Assembly: GCA_965645245.1 (NCBI GenBank)
Contig: OZ287068.1
Coordinates: 1,364,001-1,428,000, forward strand
Source: Massalongia carnosa
Taxonomy: Eukaryota
Direction: 5' to 3'
Length of the DNA stretch: 64,000 bases
The position numbers and the translations under genes are program-made. The notes below the pieces were generated by a model, which worked only from the letters and a program-made list of their open reading frames with translations, searched no databases and was not told where the DNA came from. The first letter of the stretch is position 1. Each line of letters opens with the position of its first letter. Below are positions 12,902-27,026 of the stretch, in pieces.

Positions 12902-13144
12902 CGAGTCATTGAATCATTAAAGTATTGCTCTTCGACGATACATTATGCATGGTCAAGGTTTGCTCCACTAATGCTTCTTCGTTTTTACTCAATTGCTCGA
13001 AGAGCTGAACGAATAGATGGCTAAAATTGGAGCAGCTAAATGTTCAAGTAGCCGGGTATACGTCTAGCCATTTAACTGATACAGCAATATAAGCAGGCGT
13101 ATGCCGAAACAAGCACTTCTCTTTCCGCCTGTTCCAACACAATC

Positions 13145-14397
13145 TCATGAGAGCCCCATTACCACACCGGAATCTATCAATGGTTAGGCACCGGGTATGC
13201 TATCAGTAGAGGTTTGCCTACCTATTTGGATGCTTTGGCCAGTCATAGAGGCGTTTTTTGCAGCGCCAATAAAAGCATCGGCACAATCGTCCAAGTCAGT
13301 CTACTCCCCAATTAGTTGTTGAATGATCCACATCTCTCCGTTACCTCCACATGCCTCTTTTTTCAAGATTGCTCTGGTTTTAGTTGCCTGGACTTGCTCC
13401 AGAGTAAAGCGTGCTCCCTATCATTCATCAGATATATACACTATATGCCAGACTTTTGAAGAGAGCAACCCATTCAGTCAGTAAGAGACCCGGAACTATA
13501 GCGTTTACTCTTATCTTTGGGCCCTGGCTTGACGCAAGACACTTCATGAGATGCAGGCCTTTTCAAGCACGGTTAATGGATACAAAAGGGAGCTGTTTTG
13601 GCTCGGCCCATACCTGCGGCTTTCGAGACTGAATAAGCCATAGTACTACCGAGAGGCGCAACCCCTGCAATGGAGGAGGTCATCAGGAACACCCCGCCCT
13701 CTGGGTTTACATTGAACGTTGGCGCGGCTTTGCGAAGAAGGTGCATATTGCCTTTGCAATTAATCGCCCAGCACTAAGGGGGCTGGTATCAGAAACCCGG
13801 ATAGTTTTAGTGACGAGAGCATATCAAGCCTGCACCTTATCCCACTCTGCTTCGCTGAGAGCGTCAAGATCATTGAACGCACTCATTTTTGTCCATCCCT
13901 ACACGTCAAAGGTTACAAAGGACGGGGAATAGGTCGGTTTGCAGTATGCTAGTTTAAACTGTTGGAGTACTTACCGCGTTGGAGATGATGATATCTAAGC
14001 CTCCCAACCCGTCGATACTCTCCTGAACCGTTCGCTCGCAATCCGCCAGCACGCCCACATCCTATACCTATATCAGCCTTCTCTCCTGTGGCATAACATA
14101 GGTACAGATTAAAGAAAGTCGAGGGCAAACGGCTGCGCACTCCTTGAATTATCACCGTCTTAATCTTGTACTCCTTCTCAATCTTTTCGGCCGTCTCCTT
14201 TGCCCGCTCTACGTTAGAGACATAGTTGATGGCGATGTTGCAGCCTTCGGCAGCAAATTTTCCCGCTACGACAGCGCCTAAGCCTCTGTTGATTTCTGAG
14301 CAACAAGATCGTATTTACAGATCATGAACGACAACGCTCGCACGCACCTTGATCCACCCGTGATTAGGATGTTTCTACCTTTGAGACTGTAAGGCAT
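13145..14397 (-). CDS. Short-chain dehydrogenase/reductase with many small exons (missed by the ORF track)
   Basis: Manually spliced: MPYSLKGRNILITGGSR-GLG, LDIIISNA, TSSIAG, YSVSK (YxxxK), IRVNAIVPG, MTGQSIQIDSG...LS*. Confidence 0.9.
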
Positions 14398-16169
14398 CGT
14401 GAACGATGATTATCTTGGAATAACTAGTAGTCCAAGGATCACTTGGCGTATGACTCCGTTTATTTCCCCGCTTCTATGGCACAATCGATGTCGGCTAATT
14501 ACACATACGATCTGTCGATCTCGCGATATAAGATAACTACACGTTAAATGCATTTAAATATGGTCTATAATATTCTTGCAGTTTCAGGTCTTTAATCCTA
14601 TTGCTTGCTTTCTCCTTTGAAATTTCTCTCAAAAGCCGTAAAGAAATCGTCCGCTGCTCACAATATCAAAAGCACTCAAACTTGTTCCGTACTTCATATT
14701 CCACCGATCCCCGTAGCAGAGAGTGCCTGCGTCAACGCGGTCTCAGAATCTGCAGAGTTTGTATCTTCTTTTGCATTCAACTAGATATACTATTATGTAC
14801 CAAGATGCAAGGTATCAAAACTAGCCTAACCCTATGTCTGGTAGACTTTTCCAACTCCTTGGATGCCTTCCGTTCGGTCTGCAACGGACCATGCCGACAT
14901 CCCTAGGCAACCATGTGTATCATACGCCTTGGAGGCCCGTTCCATCATAGTTGACGCACATACTTTGTGGATTCTAGGTAATCGCTGGGAGGCGTACTTA
15001 GAGTTGAACGGGGAACTGCATCTTCAGAGGGTCAGGGGTTTGCTGTCATCAATGCAGGTGAGTATTGGAAAAATGCAGGAGATTGATTCATTCTGCATGC
15101 TCGGCAGACGAGAACTGCAGTTAAGATCACAAAGCGACTTGTTCCAATGACTTTGTGATAACCTAATCCTTCTGTGCGTTGCGTCTCCTCAAGGACTTTT
15201 CTTGCCTATTGCATATTGGCTCGGATCTATGCAAGCCTTTCGTGTCTTGGCATTTGGGCTTGTAAAAACGTGTAGACGGACAAGTGGTGCGCTATCAAAG
15301 AAAATTGCTGATGATTCAAGTCTACAGAGTACAAGATAATCAGTTGAGGACTATGAACATTAAGTACCGCATATTCTAATGGGCGCTCGGATCTGACAGG
15401 GACGTAGAGGAAAAGCCGTACACGTACCAAATGAAGTTGGGGATTATTGGTACCTTGGTGACTAATCAGCGAAAAGCGTCTACCTAGGTAACGTTAAAGC
15501 AATTTCGGCCTCGCTTCGCCTTAGCTAAACCTCGAACCTGCGGACGTGCAAGCCCCGACCTGACTGAACTCACTTCACCTCCAGACCACGGAGAGGTGTA
15601 TCCTCTCAATCTCTTTGACTTTCACACAAATTTCCTTCTATCCCTATTTTCTCTGTTCATCTGTGCAGTTCGGCCAGACCTTTTGAAAGGTTTTGCGGAA
15701 AGCTGAATCATCAAAGCCAGCAGATGCCGATCATCAACGAGTCAGCCGTTGTGTCAAAACCGCGCGAGAACTCCATGAGCGAGTTTTAAAAAAACTGCGA
15801 CAGTCATTGCAAGTGCTTTTTGCAACACTATTATTCGACTTTAGTAGACAACACTCGTTGGCGGATCACTTGCAATACTCGGTGTCGAGAGACTTGTCAA
15901 AGTGCCTGCGAAGCGTGAGCTCACATTGGTTGAAAGTTTGGAAGAGCACTCGTTTGGTAAGCCATGCAAAACAAATATCCATATTCATTTAAAGCTTCGT
16001 CCTGGCTGTATTGTTGGCAGATTTATCTAGCGTTTAACTGTTCACCGCTAAAAATAGTGCTAGCCTCGTGCGTGCTTTGGGTCTCTAGCCCGTCAACTAT
16101 ACAACTGTCTATGAACATTGCTTTTGCGCTTTATAGATACGCTCAAACGTAACTAAACCATCTGCTGCC

Positions 16170-17748
16170 ATGGCATCCTCGTCGTCTAATGTCGTTGGGG
16201 TACATTACCGAGTTGGCAAGAAGATTGGTGAGGGTTCGTTTGGCGTAATATTTGAGGGGACAAACCTGCTCAACAATCAACAAGTCGCGATCAAATTCGT
16301 ATGAGTTTGTTTATTCGCTCTGGATGGGCGTTGTGCTAAATGCGAACAGGAACCAAGGAAAAGCGACGCCCCTCAATTACGAGACGAGTATCGAACATAC
16401 AAAATACTCGTGGGATGCCGTGAGTCTGGAGCACGTCGTTCCATTTAGGTCACTGCTAAAAACCCATAGCTGGTATACCTAATGTCTATTACTTTGGTCA
16501 AGAAGGCTTGCACAACATTCTTGTCATTGATCTTCTCGGACCCTCCCTCGAAGATTTGTTCGATCACTGTAACAGAAGGTTCTCGGCAAAAACGGTGGTG
16601 ATGGTCGCAAAACAAATGGTATGGCTTGGGTGGCTTGGTTTTCGTACAAATCGGACGCTAAATCTAACACCGTCGCAGTTATCACGAGTTCAAACTATAC
16701 ATGAAAAAAATCTCATCTATCGAGATATCAAGCCTGATAACTTCCTCATCGGTAGGCCTGGCTCAAAATCGGCCAATGTTATACATGTGGTAGACTTTGG
16801 GATGGCAAAGCAATATCGAGATCCGAAGACAAAGCAGCATATACCATATCGAGAGCGGAAATCTCTGTCGGGGACTGCGCGCTACATGAGTATCAACACC
16901 CATTTGGGTCGAGAGCAGTCTCGAAGAGATGACCTCGAGGCCCTTGGGCATGTATTTATGTACTTCCTTCGTGGTGGCCTGCCTTGGCAAGGTTTGAAGG
17001 CTGCAACAAACAAGCAAAAATATGAAAAGATTGGGGAGAAGAAACAGACGACCGCTATCAAAGATCTTTGCGATGGATTTCCAGGTAAGCTGCGACTCTA
17101 AACATCAAAGTGAGCACTATTAAACTGAACTTAGTGGCGGACGAGTTCAGCAAATACCTAAGCTACGTTCGTAACCTTGGTTTTGAGGACACCCCGGATT
17201 ATGATTACTTGAGAGACTTATTTACCCAAGCTCTTAAGAATACCGGGGAGGTTGAAGACGGCGAGTATGACTGGATGAAACTGAATAACGGCAAAGGTTG
17301 GGAAGCGATGAAACAACATCCTTCGCAGCATCATCTTCATCCAGCAAATCCACAGCATAACTCAGCGTCAGCGAAAGCACTCCCTGGCGATACGCAACGA
17401 GGGCCGGCAACTCCGGGAGCTCTCCGTTTAAAAAACGAGCAGCCCCTGCCCCCGTCTCCCGCGAAACCGGGAGTGGGCAAAACGCGCGGGGGGCCAGGCG
17501 CAACTGGCGCAGTGCTACCAAAGCGTCCAAACGGAGCGATCGGGGGCCTCACGGACATGGCAACGCCTGCCCCATCAAATATAGCTCAGTTCCGGAACTC
17601 TACGGCGGACCTTCCTCATCGAGCCAGCCAGATCAATCCGGGCATGAATCAACTCACAGCAACACAGCATGCTCCGAGACAACAGAACTTGGAGGCGCAA
17701 CCTTCGACGTGGCAGAAACTAAAGAAGGCGCTTTGTTGTAGTAGGTGA
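16170..17748 (+). CDS. YCK1: Casein kinase 1, membrane-anchored Yck1/2 (CK1-gamma-like) type
   Basis: [58 protein letters not shown]-terminal Cys-Cys (KALCCSR). Confidence 0.95.
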
Positions 17749-19560
17749 TAGCCTACGTCTACGGTACTGGTAAGCTGAACGTGCTCTGCCTAAACGTGCA
17801 AAGCTATTTATGTGTCCGAATCATGGGGTTGGATTGACGCTCATTTAGGCCAAACCAACCGTTTTACATACGAATCTACTCGTGCCGTGAGTGCCCTTTG
17901 TTGAGCCTGTCTTGGTGTTTTTGGTGCATAAGGGAGTATTCGCTCTAGGACTTTTCTGTTCTAGCTGTGCAGCACTACAGATTTGAAGCCGGCTCAATAC
18001 CGTCGCGACTCCCTGGGCTTTGTTCTATACGTTCTACGGTCCACCGTCCATCAATGTCGCCGTACGCACAAATCCTCATCTTCCTAGGCTCGTTACTCGC
18101 GAGGCTGTATACCTTTTCAGATCCCATCGCGACTGTTTCTCTTTGTACCATTCTCCGTCAATCCTTAACATTACAGCTCCACAGACCAGTGTGGTGCAAG
18201 AGACGAGTCACGATTGCAATTTCAATCTTTCTTTAGCACAAGTGCACTGACGAGTTGTGTGGACGTGGGAAATAAACTAAAAGGGAAATAATAATACAAA
18301 TCATCATTCATATGACTTGCGGTATCAATTGCTGCTAGTCGGAGTCTTGTCTTGCCTACGCTTATGTTTAGTGGTTGCAGCTACCTCTCTGGTTAGATAT
18401 TTACTAAAGGACCCTTCCAAATCCCCGAGCCTTTGAAGCCTCTCTGTATGGATGCTGGAAAGCCTCTGACTCGCCAACGACAAATTGACGCCTTCCTGGT
18501 AGTTATATGAAAATTTCATGCAGCTTATCATCTTATTCTAAAGTTTTCCCCTTTTAAGTCTTTCCCTGTACCAGAGAAACTCACACCCCTCCTCCAGCTC
18601 CTCCTCTCCACCTCCCGCCCTTTTCGATATCTCCAGCCTTCCTAACCGCAGCAGAAACCCCCCTCCCACCCGGCAAAGCCAACCAGCCCCCCTTGAGCAT
18701 AAGTAAAAGTCCAAGCGTTCCACTAGCTGAAAGAACGCATCGCGTCAACAACGCCAGCACAACTCTTCATCAGACTTGATAGAAAGAAAAAAAAGAAGAA
18801 AAAACCAGGCCCCAAAGTCTCGGCCGCGCATCACAAGACACGATCCCCGCGCCACCACCCATGTAAATTAATTCCAGGGGAAAAGCCCTGTTTGTTCTTT
18901 CTTCTTATTTTTTGCCATCTACCTACCTACCTACGTCCACAGCAAATATGGCTTCCCAGGACCTGGCCCTGGCTACCCGGGAGCACATCGCCCCCCCCCC
19001 CCCCCCCCCACCAAGACCTCAGCCAGCCAGCGAGCGGGCTACGCGAATACGAACCGTTGCTAGGCTAGATATCGTCGTGTGAGTGTGTGAGACGCTCACA
19101 TCCCGCCCTTGTCCGTCACAGCAAATCCCGAAAATCGGTCTGGTTGATTTAGCTCGGTATTCTTCGTTCGTTCGTTCGTCCTCTTCTACATCTGATCCAC
19201 ACGCGCGCGTCCGGGGGGGGGCCCCTCGAGACCTTGCCATTCCGTCTCTGGTGCGGGAGGTGGCTAGGCGAGGAGGGATGGATGGATTCGTTCCCGGATG
19301 GTGGTGTTTGGTGCGAGCGAGACGGGTTTTGGCGATCGGATGATGGGAGGGAGGGAGGGAGCGGGTAGGTGCATAGGTACGTACATATAGAATATTCTAG
19401 GTGGTAAAAACACAATGATTGCACAGGCTTTGCTTGCGCTAGATATTAATGTATTCCTGGTCCCTTCCCCAACGCCCCCCCTTTCCCAAAATTACATCAT
19501 TGAGAGGTCCATTCCCCCCTAAAACCCACCCAAGTCCACCTTACAGGAGAAGCCATCACA

Positions 19561-20678
19561 TTATAACTGCACATCATCCCGCACCAACCGCACCTCCTCC
19601 CCTAGCTTAAACGCCGGCAAGCCAATATACGGACAGCCATCGCATCGAAACGCATCCCCGAGCGCGCAGTTCCCACAACTGCCCACTTTGCCCTGCACGG
19701 TGAAGTCGATCTCGGCTAGCTCGTCGGCCGCTCCGCGCAGCTGTTTGGCGAGCGTCGCGTCGGCGGTAGAGCGCTTGGCCGTATCTTCCGCTTCGAGCCG
19801 CTGCGCTAGACCACAGGTGCAGTCTTTGCAGGCGCGGCGGCGCTTTCCGGTAGGAGGGCGGCAGGTGGGGGCTAGACCGAGAAGTGGGGAGGTAGAGTTA
19901 GCGGGAGAATGGGAGGAGGAGCTATAACAGGGAATAGAAGGGAGTTAAACACACGTTGGATGATAGGGCGGGAGAAATCTTCGTCATCGAGCAGGGTGTT
20001 TTCGTCGATGAGCTCGTCGGAATCGTCGGCGGAATCGTTGGCCAGGGGATCAAGGTCATCGCTGAAGTCGACAAAGCCCATGCCGGCTGGTCGTGCGGAA
20101 TCGGAAGGCCCATTCTTCCGCTTGCCGTTTAGATTGAGCGATACAGCGCCTGTGCCTGCGGCGCTTGTTAATGCTACCGCTCCACCTTCCGATTTCTTCT
20201 TGCTGAACCGTAAAGGAACCGATTGTGTGGCGTCATGACTTGGCTTGAGCAGGCCGTTCTCGTCAACGATTAGTCCCGCAAATATTGCTTCCCTCCTAGC
20301 TTCCGAATCCTGCGAGGCGAGTGTTCCATCTTGGCTTTGGAGGCGCCCGCCGGGTCTGAGCGCCTTAACAATGTGCAGGAGCACGTCGCGCGTGAGGAAG
20401 GAGTGCGAATGAGGTTTTGTGGTATCGACATCGAGAAGGATGAGAATGATATCGTAGGTTGATTCGGGCAGGGAAACTAAGGAGAGGGAGAGGCGGTCGA
20501 GCATCTGGATATCAGTGGTAGAGCGGTCGTGTGCTGCGATGACCTTGTTGAGTTTTTCGGGATGAGAGGAGAGGGAGGGGGGTGAGAGGAGGAGAGTTCG
20601 TGGCGAGGTAGACAGGGTGAATGGTTGATTTGGGGGGTTGAAATCGGACTCCATATTTAGTGTTACAGAGGGTGCCAT
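19561..20678 (-). CDS. DRE2: Fe-S cluster assembly protein Dre2/anamorsin; intron 19872-19954
   Basis: Methyltransferase-like N-domain; C-terminal [13 protein letters not shown] and [19 protein letters not shown] motifs. Confidence 0.96.
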
Positions 20679-21428
20679 GATGATGTGAGGAGGGGCGGAG
20701 AGTCTGCGTTGCGGCGAAGCCAGTTGATAACTTTTGGTGTGAGCTCACGAAACAGTTAACTGCCTGTATAATGTAGAATATATACAGAATCAATCACAGG
20801 CAGAGTCTTTCTATTTCTTTTTGCATTTTTGTCACATGACGATCATTGGATTTCTAAATGCCCTAATCAGCTAGTTAAACGCGATACGCGATAAAGGGTA
20901 AAAAAGGATCGCTTCTTCGGCCGACGTCGGAGGAACAGCCCCTATTCTCACCCTCTGAATTTATAGAGTACAGAGTATAGGGGGTGGTGCTGTAACAATA
21001 GGGCTCTAAGGCCTACTTTCCTCAGAAGTTGCATTATCGCGAGTTGGGAATAACCCCATCTCGAAAGAGTTTACGTTTAATCTTCATAGTAAACCCGTTT
21101 GCTCAACATGAGGTGCGCGATGTCGTGTCTGTTGTGTGCAAGTGTTGTGTGCAAGTGTTGTGTGCCCGTCGCTGTTTGTTTGTTGTTGTTGATGCTCGCG
21201 TGATTCCGCTGTTCCGTCCACGCCGATGTCATCTTTGCTTACCCGAACGACAGCGTGAGGTATAAATATTCCGCTTTTTTCGTAGAATCTTTCTTTAAGC
21301 AATCACAAAAATTCTGCTAATTGTTCACTTTTTCCGTCTTTGTTACGCCCTTGCCTCATCTTTGAAAATCCTCTGGCTTCCCTACCCATATCAACCTATA
21401 TACAACCTCATCTTTGCTCACTTTCATC

Positions 21429-21769
21429 ATGGGTCGCTCTCCTGCCAAGAACAAGACTCCTACATAGCCTAAGGGCAAGACAATTCCCCAGCGGGATCAG
21501 CACATGCGCATTCATCGGGTCAAGGATAAGGATATCCCCCGGGCCGTCCTGGCGGCGACCAACCGAATCGCCGACGCCCTCGAGAAGATCCTTGAGTGTA
21601 TGAGGTTTCAGGTGAGTAGTCAACTGAGCTTGAATGTGCACTGCCTTACTGATCGCGATAGGCCAATATGCCTGTGGATGATGAGGACAAGAATTTGGAG
21701 GGGTTCGACCTGGACACCTCGAGTAACGAAGACGGGGAGAGCGAGGAGGTGGCATCTGTGCCCGCCTGA
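21429..21769 (+). pseudogene. Small two-exon orphan gene with an in-frame TAG at codon 13 (or a shorter gene starting at ATG 21504)
   Basis: MGRSPAKNKTPT*PKGKTIPQRDQHMR...AATNRIADALEKILECMRFQ; GTGAGT...TAG intron with CTGAT branch-like site; acidic second exon ending VPA*. Confidence 0.5.
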
Positions 21770-22145
21770 GTGTTTTTCTTTACTTTTTTTGCGGCCTTCG
21801 GCCAGTCTGTGCTTCGGTGGCGCTGTTTGGGTGGCTCTAGTGTGGTTCTCTGTGTGGCTGAGGGAAGTACAGATCTGGATGTACATATAGTACAGGAACC
21901 CTGCGTTCATTTATCGACAGTACACAACGTTTTTCCTTACTACCGGCATCAGGTACAGTGCCGAGACATGAGCATTGCAGAACATCTGCAACAAGGCAGG
22001 TCTACCCATGATACATACCTACAACGCCCGCGCCACCCAGGGCAAAAAATTTGGGGACACCCAGGTCGGCCTTGGTCCATCCTATATAAAACCCCGATCC
22101 CTTTCGCCGGTCCGGTGGTATCTTTGGTCCAGTGAAGCAAACGAA

Positions 22146-25100
22146 TCAATTCTCCATGATCACATCGCCCTGCCCATCCCGCTCCACGTGCTCGTCCTCA
22201 TCGCTCGTCTCATCGTCTCTCGCTTCCAATTCCCTCCAAAATCCTAGCTCCATACTTTTCCTCCTTCGTAAATCTTCCCCCACTTGATCCCTTTCCTCCA
22301 GGGCGCTCCTTCGGGCCGCCTCCGCCACTCCTTTCCACCACATCTCCAGCCGACCTTTCTCAATATACTTCTCCAGCAAGGCGTCTTCGGTTTCCAGGTC
22401 TCTCGATAACGAGGCCAATTTGTTGTCGGAATCGTGGGTGTACCGGGCACTAGTGCGGAGAGACGAGATGGAAGTACCGGCTCCCAGGACGGAGAGTGGG
22501 GGGCAAGGCGCAGAAGAGGCGAAGAAATCTGTGCACAGGCGTTCAGCAATTAGCATCGAAATTCCATGACGAGGCTAGGGGAGGAGCCGAACAAAGTCCA
22601 CAATAAGCATACCAGTTTTGTAACCCTCCTTTAACGTTTTGAAAAGTGCCGTGGCTCCCGTCTCGACCTCCACTTGGGTGTCATCTTTAAGTTCGGTACG
22701 ATTAATGGCTTCCCAATCGTCTTGTATCATGCAGCGTCTCCAAATGATTTTTTCGTGCAAATCCGTTCGTGCCACCGCTCCATCCATAAATTTACACACT
22801 TTCAACAGGTTGAGAGCACAGAAAAATCGCTTATCAGCGAAATCTTCATCGTGAGGGTGCAGTTTGCCTTCGTCTATTAGTGTAAGAGTATCGATCAGGT
22901 CTTCCGTGCCAAGCTTGTCTCTGGCGACTAATTGTGTAAGGTTCCGAGTCAACACTTTATGAAGCGCTGGCTTGCCCTTGACATAGCGCTTGCAATATTG
23001 CTCCAACACCAGGTCCAGCTCAGCAGCCAAGTCCATTGCAATTTGGACGGTCGGCCGGATATAGTTATAAAGGTTCTCTTGCATCCTGACGACGGTCATG
23101 GCTTGATCGATTCCACAAAGGTAAGAATTGACGTCCTCATCTGGTTCTTGCTTTTTGGTTTTGGCTGCAAGAACAGCGAGTTTGCACATGCCGAGCTGAA
23201 TTTTCTTATTCCAAAGCCTCATTTCCCGCTGCTGCGCCACTTTAAGGCTGTCTGCCGCGGCAGAATAATTGTGTTCTGCGTGGACTTGGTTGATCCAGCC
23301 GATTTTGGCGTAGAGAGGATGCAAAAGGAAAGCCGTCAGATATGGCTGATAATTGGCAGCCTCTTGGAATACCTCTGTGGTCTTCCCGCTGCTGATATGC
23401 TTGGCAAAGTACGCGGCCGCCCATTGATGATGGAATTGGCGGAAGTAAGTTCTGACTTGGTTCTTGAGAAGCAGCAGGATATCCCGATAATGATCTTTCT
23501 CGCTGTCATGCGCGCCCTTGTCTTGCAGGTGGAGAGTCGTCTCTTTTACCCCGCGGTCGATAATCTCGACCAAAGCATTCATATCCTGGTACTTAGCTGC
23601 TAACTTAATGCCTTGCTGCCCGAGTCCGATGTCGGAAAGCTTCATCAACATTTCCTTTCTGACTTCGAAGAACGACTTTCGAAGCTTGTCGCCTTCAATC
23701 TGGATGTTTTCATCCTCGGAGGATATGAGCCAGCGAAATCTCTCAGTATATATATGACACCAGATCTCCACCAAACGTGGATTGTTTGTCATCAGTTTGT
23801 CGATCAGCTTCATTATCGGTTCCTCCTCTGCACCATTGTATTCAATCGCCGTTTGTCTTGAGCTGTTAATTAGAATTTCGACCTGCGTAACAAGCCTTGG
23901 CTCAGCCGTCCAAATCTCAGGTAGGTCCTCATAGCCACTTTCAAGAACGCCATCAACCATGAGTTCATGGCCAACGCCATATAAAGTAGCGTTTGCTTCG
24001 CGAAACCTGAAGGCTGTTTCGAGTGCACTCAGTATTATATCATTTGCTTCACTAAGATATCTCGCTTTGGTGAATGAATCGATCTTAACCTTGTCCTCCC
24101 TACTCTCCCTCTCAAGTTCCTCAATCGCGTGAGGAGCCCAAGCGAGGATATTCTCCAATGTCCCAATGTCGTGTACAAACCAATGCCGTACCGCATCCGT
24201 TTCGTAGCGCTCCGGGTCATTTTCGGTTTTAAACTTCTCATGGAGAAAGTCGATGATCTCAACCAACAGATTCTTCTCATGCTCGCGCTTAGCTGCAATC
24301 GTCACATTCCAGGCTCTCCAAACTGCACCCGCTGCAGCCATCTTCTCCGCGTTCCATAACAGCTTCCATCGCGTAAGTCGGTCAAGAGGTTGATAATGCC
24401 TTACTAAATGTTTCATCAAGTCCGCCAATGCGACTGAACGCCGATGAATCTGTTGTTCCATAGATGGAGACAGGGCAGGAATGTAGGCTGAAGTAGATTG
24501 CATTATGGACGTGCTGACTTCCAATGCCGCCTCTGCAACCTCCTTATCGGTAAAGACGATCTCTGGTCGTCCGGAAAAGTCTAGTAGATCTTGCGGCAGA
24601 TTTCCATAAAACACTGCCTGCTCGAGCTTCGTCCTGGCAGTAACAGTTGCACGGTCTAACACAGATTGACCCTCGTCCACTGGTTGAGCAGCAACTCTGA
24701 CAGCCCCAAATCCATCAACCAACAATATGCAGGATGAACATGACTGGGTTCGATCAAGCGGCTCTGCCGCACAACCAACAACCCGATAATCTTTGTCTTT
24801 ACGGAAGTCAATCACGTCTTGAAAAGGGTCGGGCAGTGTATGAGCCTCCATTTGGAGCTGAGAAGTAGGAGAGTCCTCAAGCTCTATGAGAGATACCAAG
24901 ACGACGCTCGTCTCAAATATAACGAAAGCCGTTTGGGCTGGTTCCGGTACTAGGACTTGTGGTTTGAAATCCTCCCTGGCTTGATAAGGAGATGTGTAGC
25001 AAGAAATCGGATGAACCACATCGATACTAACAAAGCCCTTGCTCAAGTTTAAGCCCACTAGCGCGTATATTGAAGATTCAAGATCTGAAACGATTGTTAG

Positions 25101-26458
25101 AACCAGCAGGTTACAATCCCCTTGCTCGGTCGGTTTCGCGAGTTCCTTCCCTCGACGTCCTCGTGGGAGGAACGTGAAATCCAAGACTTGAAAACGATGA
25201 TGTTTCTCTTCGAGTATGTTTCCGCCCTCTTTCAATGCTTTCAGCAAGTCCTCATTCGCATCAATCTCCGAGACTAGGGAATGCGCCCCATTCCAGTTTA
25301 AATCCCATACCTGGAAAGCTCCCTTGGTTGTCGCAACCACAGCATATCTCTGTCCCCTTTGTGAGGAACTACCTGCCTTGATTGCTGCAACATTTCGTCT
25401 CCATGCGGCAGTGCTTAAAGCGTTCCGCAAGCTACCAAAGAGCCCTCCCGGCCGCGCGACGCCACTACGGAGATAATGCACGTTAATTAATGGCTTCCCT
25501 TGAGGATCACTAACGGTCATATGAGCAATCCGACCGGTGCTAAACGTTAGGAGAAAGCCATGCGGTTCTGCTTCTGTTACTTTCGTAATGACCTCGCCCG
25601 TCACCATCCCACTCACAGCTCCTTGAGTTCCTTGCTGCTTTTGCCTGTTTAGATCGATATTCGCAGCGCTTGAAAGACTTTCCCAGTATGTTATCCGACC
25701 ACCTGCAGCGGTAACGATAAGGAATGCTGGTTCCGCGGAGGTGGGGACGACAAGGCCGAAAGGTAGCGGTCCACTAGCATCGTTTATCGCCTCTGGGAGC
25801 TTAATGATCCACGGCTGAGACGACTCCTTTAGATTGATCCCCTGGATGTAGCGCCAAACCGTGGCTTGTTTGTGCGTCATGGCAACGGCGTAGCCAATCT
25901 GCGCAGCAATTTCTCCACGCCATTTTTCTGGACGTTTGTCAGTGAAGTCCCTCGTAAACCTCTGCTTGAATGTTTGAATATATACCGGAGCTTGGATGAT
26001 GCTGAACTTGGTCGGGAGTAGTTGAGAGCTGCGTTACGATATAGTTGTCGTTCTTCGTCTAAATGAAAGAAGTCAGCGACTCTGAATAGCCTTCGCGTCG
26101 AAGCAGTGAGCTTAACAAGTTCAATACTCCTATCACTTCTGATGGCCCTCTTCTCTCTCTCACCCTTCTTCGAACCCCTGTTTCTGATAGCTAAGCTTGT
26201 TGTATCCACGCTAGCATCACGCTGAGGCCTAGTCTCGTGGACATGCCCATTGACCAGAGGGGCGTTTTGTACATGTTGTATGTAGCCGTTGACTTGGTTT
26301 TTGGAAGGAGGCTTGAACGTTTCCGAAGAAAGGACGGACCGCCGCAGTCTTTTGGGGTTGTATCGGAGGGCAACAGAGTCGTCTGAACCCGTACGTTGTC
26401 GCCTTCGAGGATTGAGGGAGGAAGCGGCGACGTGAGAGTTTCCAGTAGGGGAGAACAT
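22146..26458 (-). CDS. NUP133: Nucleoporin Nup133, multi-exon
   Basis: 1101-aa central exon with beta-propeller-like then helical regions (GRITYWESLS, KLEQAVFYG, IWRRCMIQDDW, TALFKTL); disordered N-terminal exon. Confidence 0.88.
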
Positions 26459-27026
26459 GGCGTATCAGGTTCTCAACATTATGCGCAGCGCCTCCAACCA
26501 AGGGCGAAGTTATGACGTTGATCTATGGACGCTGTTGTTGATTTTTGGGAGCTTTCTAATTTAAATTCCCGAATTGCTAGCGTCCAAAACTAAAATCGCG
26601 TTAAGCCAAACCTCAAGCAGACCTTACCAACACTCCAGAAAATTGAAGGTCTTTCTATGGCCTAAAAAGCTAGTTGTTCAAAGCGACGATTTATTTGATC
26701 GCTTTCAGTTCGCTCAAATATCTCTATCCTTGTGGATGGAAATGACAAAACTACCTTCTAAATATTTGGATTATAGTTTTACTTCCAACCGGCTATGGCT
26801 ACACGGCTACGCGTTCTGCGACGAATAGTTTCATGAATCCAGGGAGCATTATAATAAAGGAAGACAGTCCTATTGTTTATTGCTAGGCAAGAAGTTTTTA
26901 TCTCTCAAGCAACTACTGTTTCGCCCGTGCACAGCAGCAGAGAATATCAGTAATTTACCCTCAGCAGCTGCACAACAGATCCCAGCGCCTTCTCAATCCA
27001 AGACGTATCTCCTCTCCATAATCAAC

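Noticed and set aside
15016..15057. Minus-strand TGATGA...CTGA enclosed by CTGCAT/ATGCAG
   Set aside because: Only 42 nt, non-canonical K-turn geometry and no recognisable rRNA guide; too weak for a snoRNA call.
20908..20922. ATCGCTTCTTCGGCC resembling the U2 snRNA 5' end
   Set aside because: No GTAGTA branch-pairing sequence or other U2 features follow.
22932..23603. 223-aa + strand ORF and many similar overlapping ORFs (e.g. 26880-27422, 58734-59327)
   Set aside because: Mostly antisense shadows of real genes, with no recognisable motifs.
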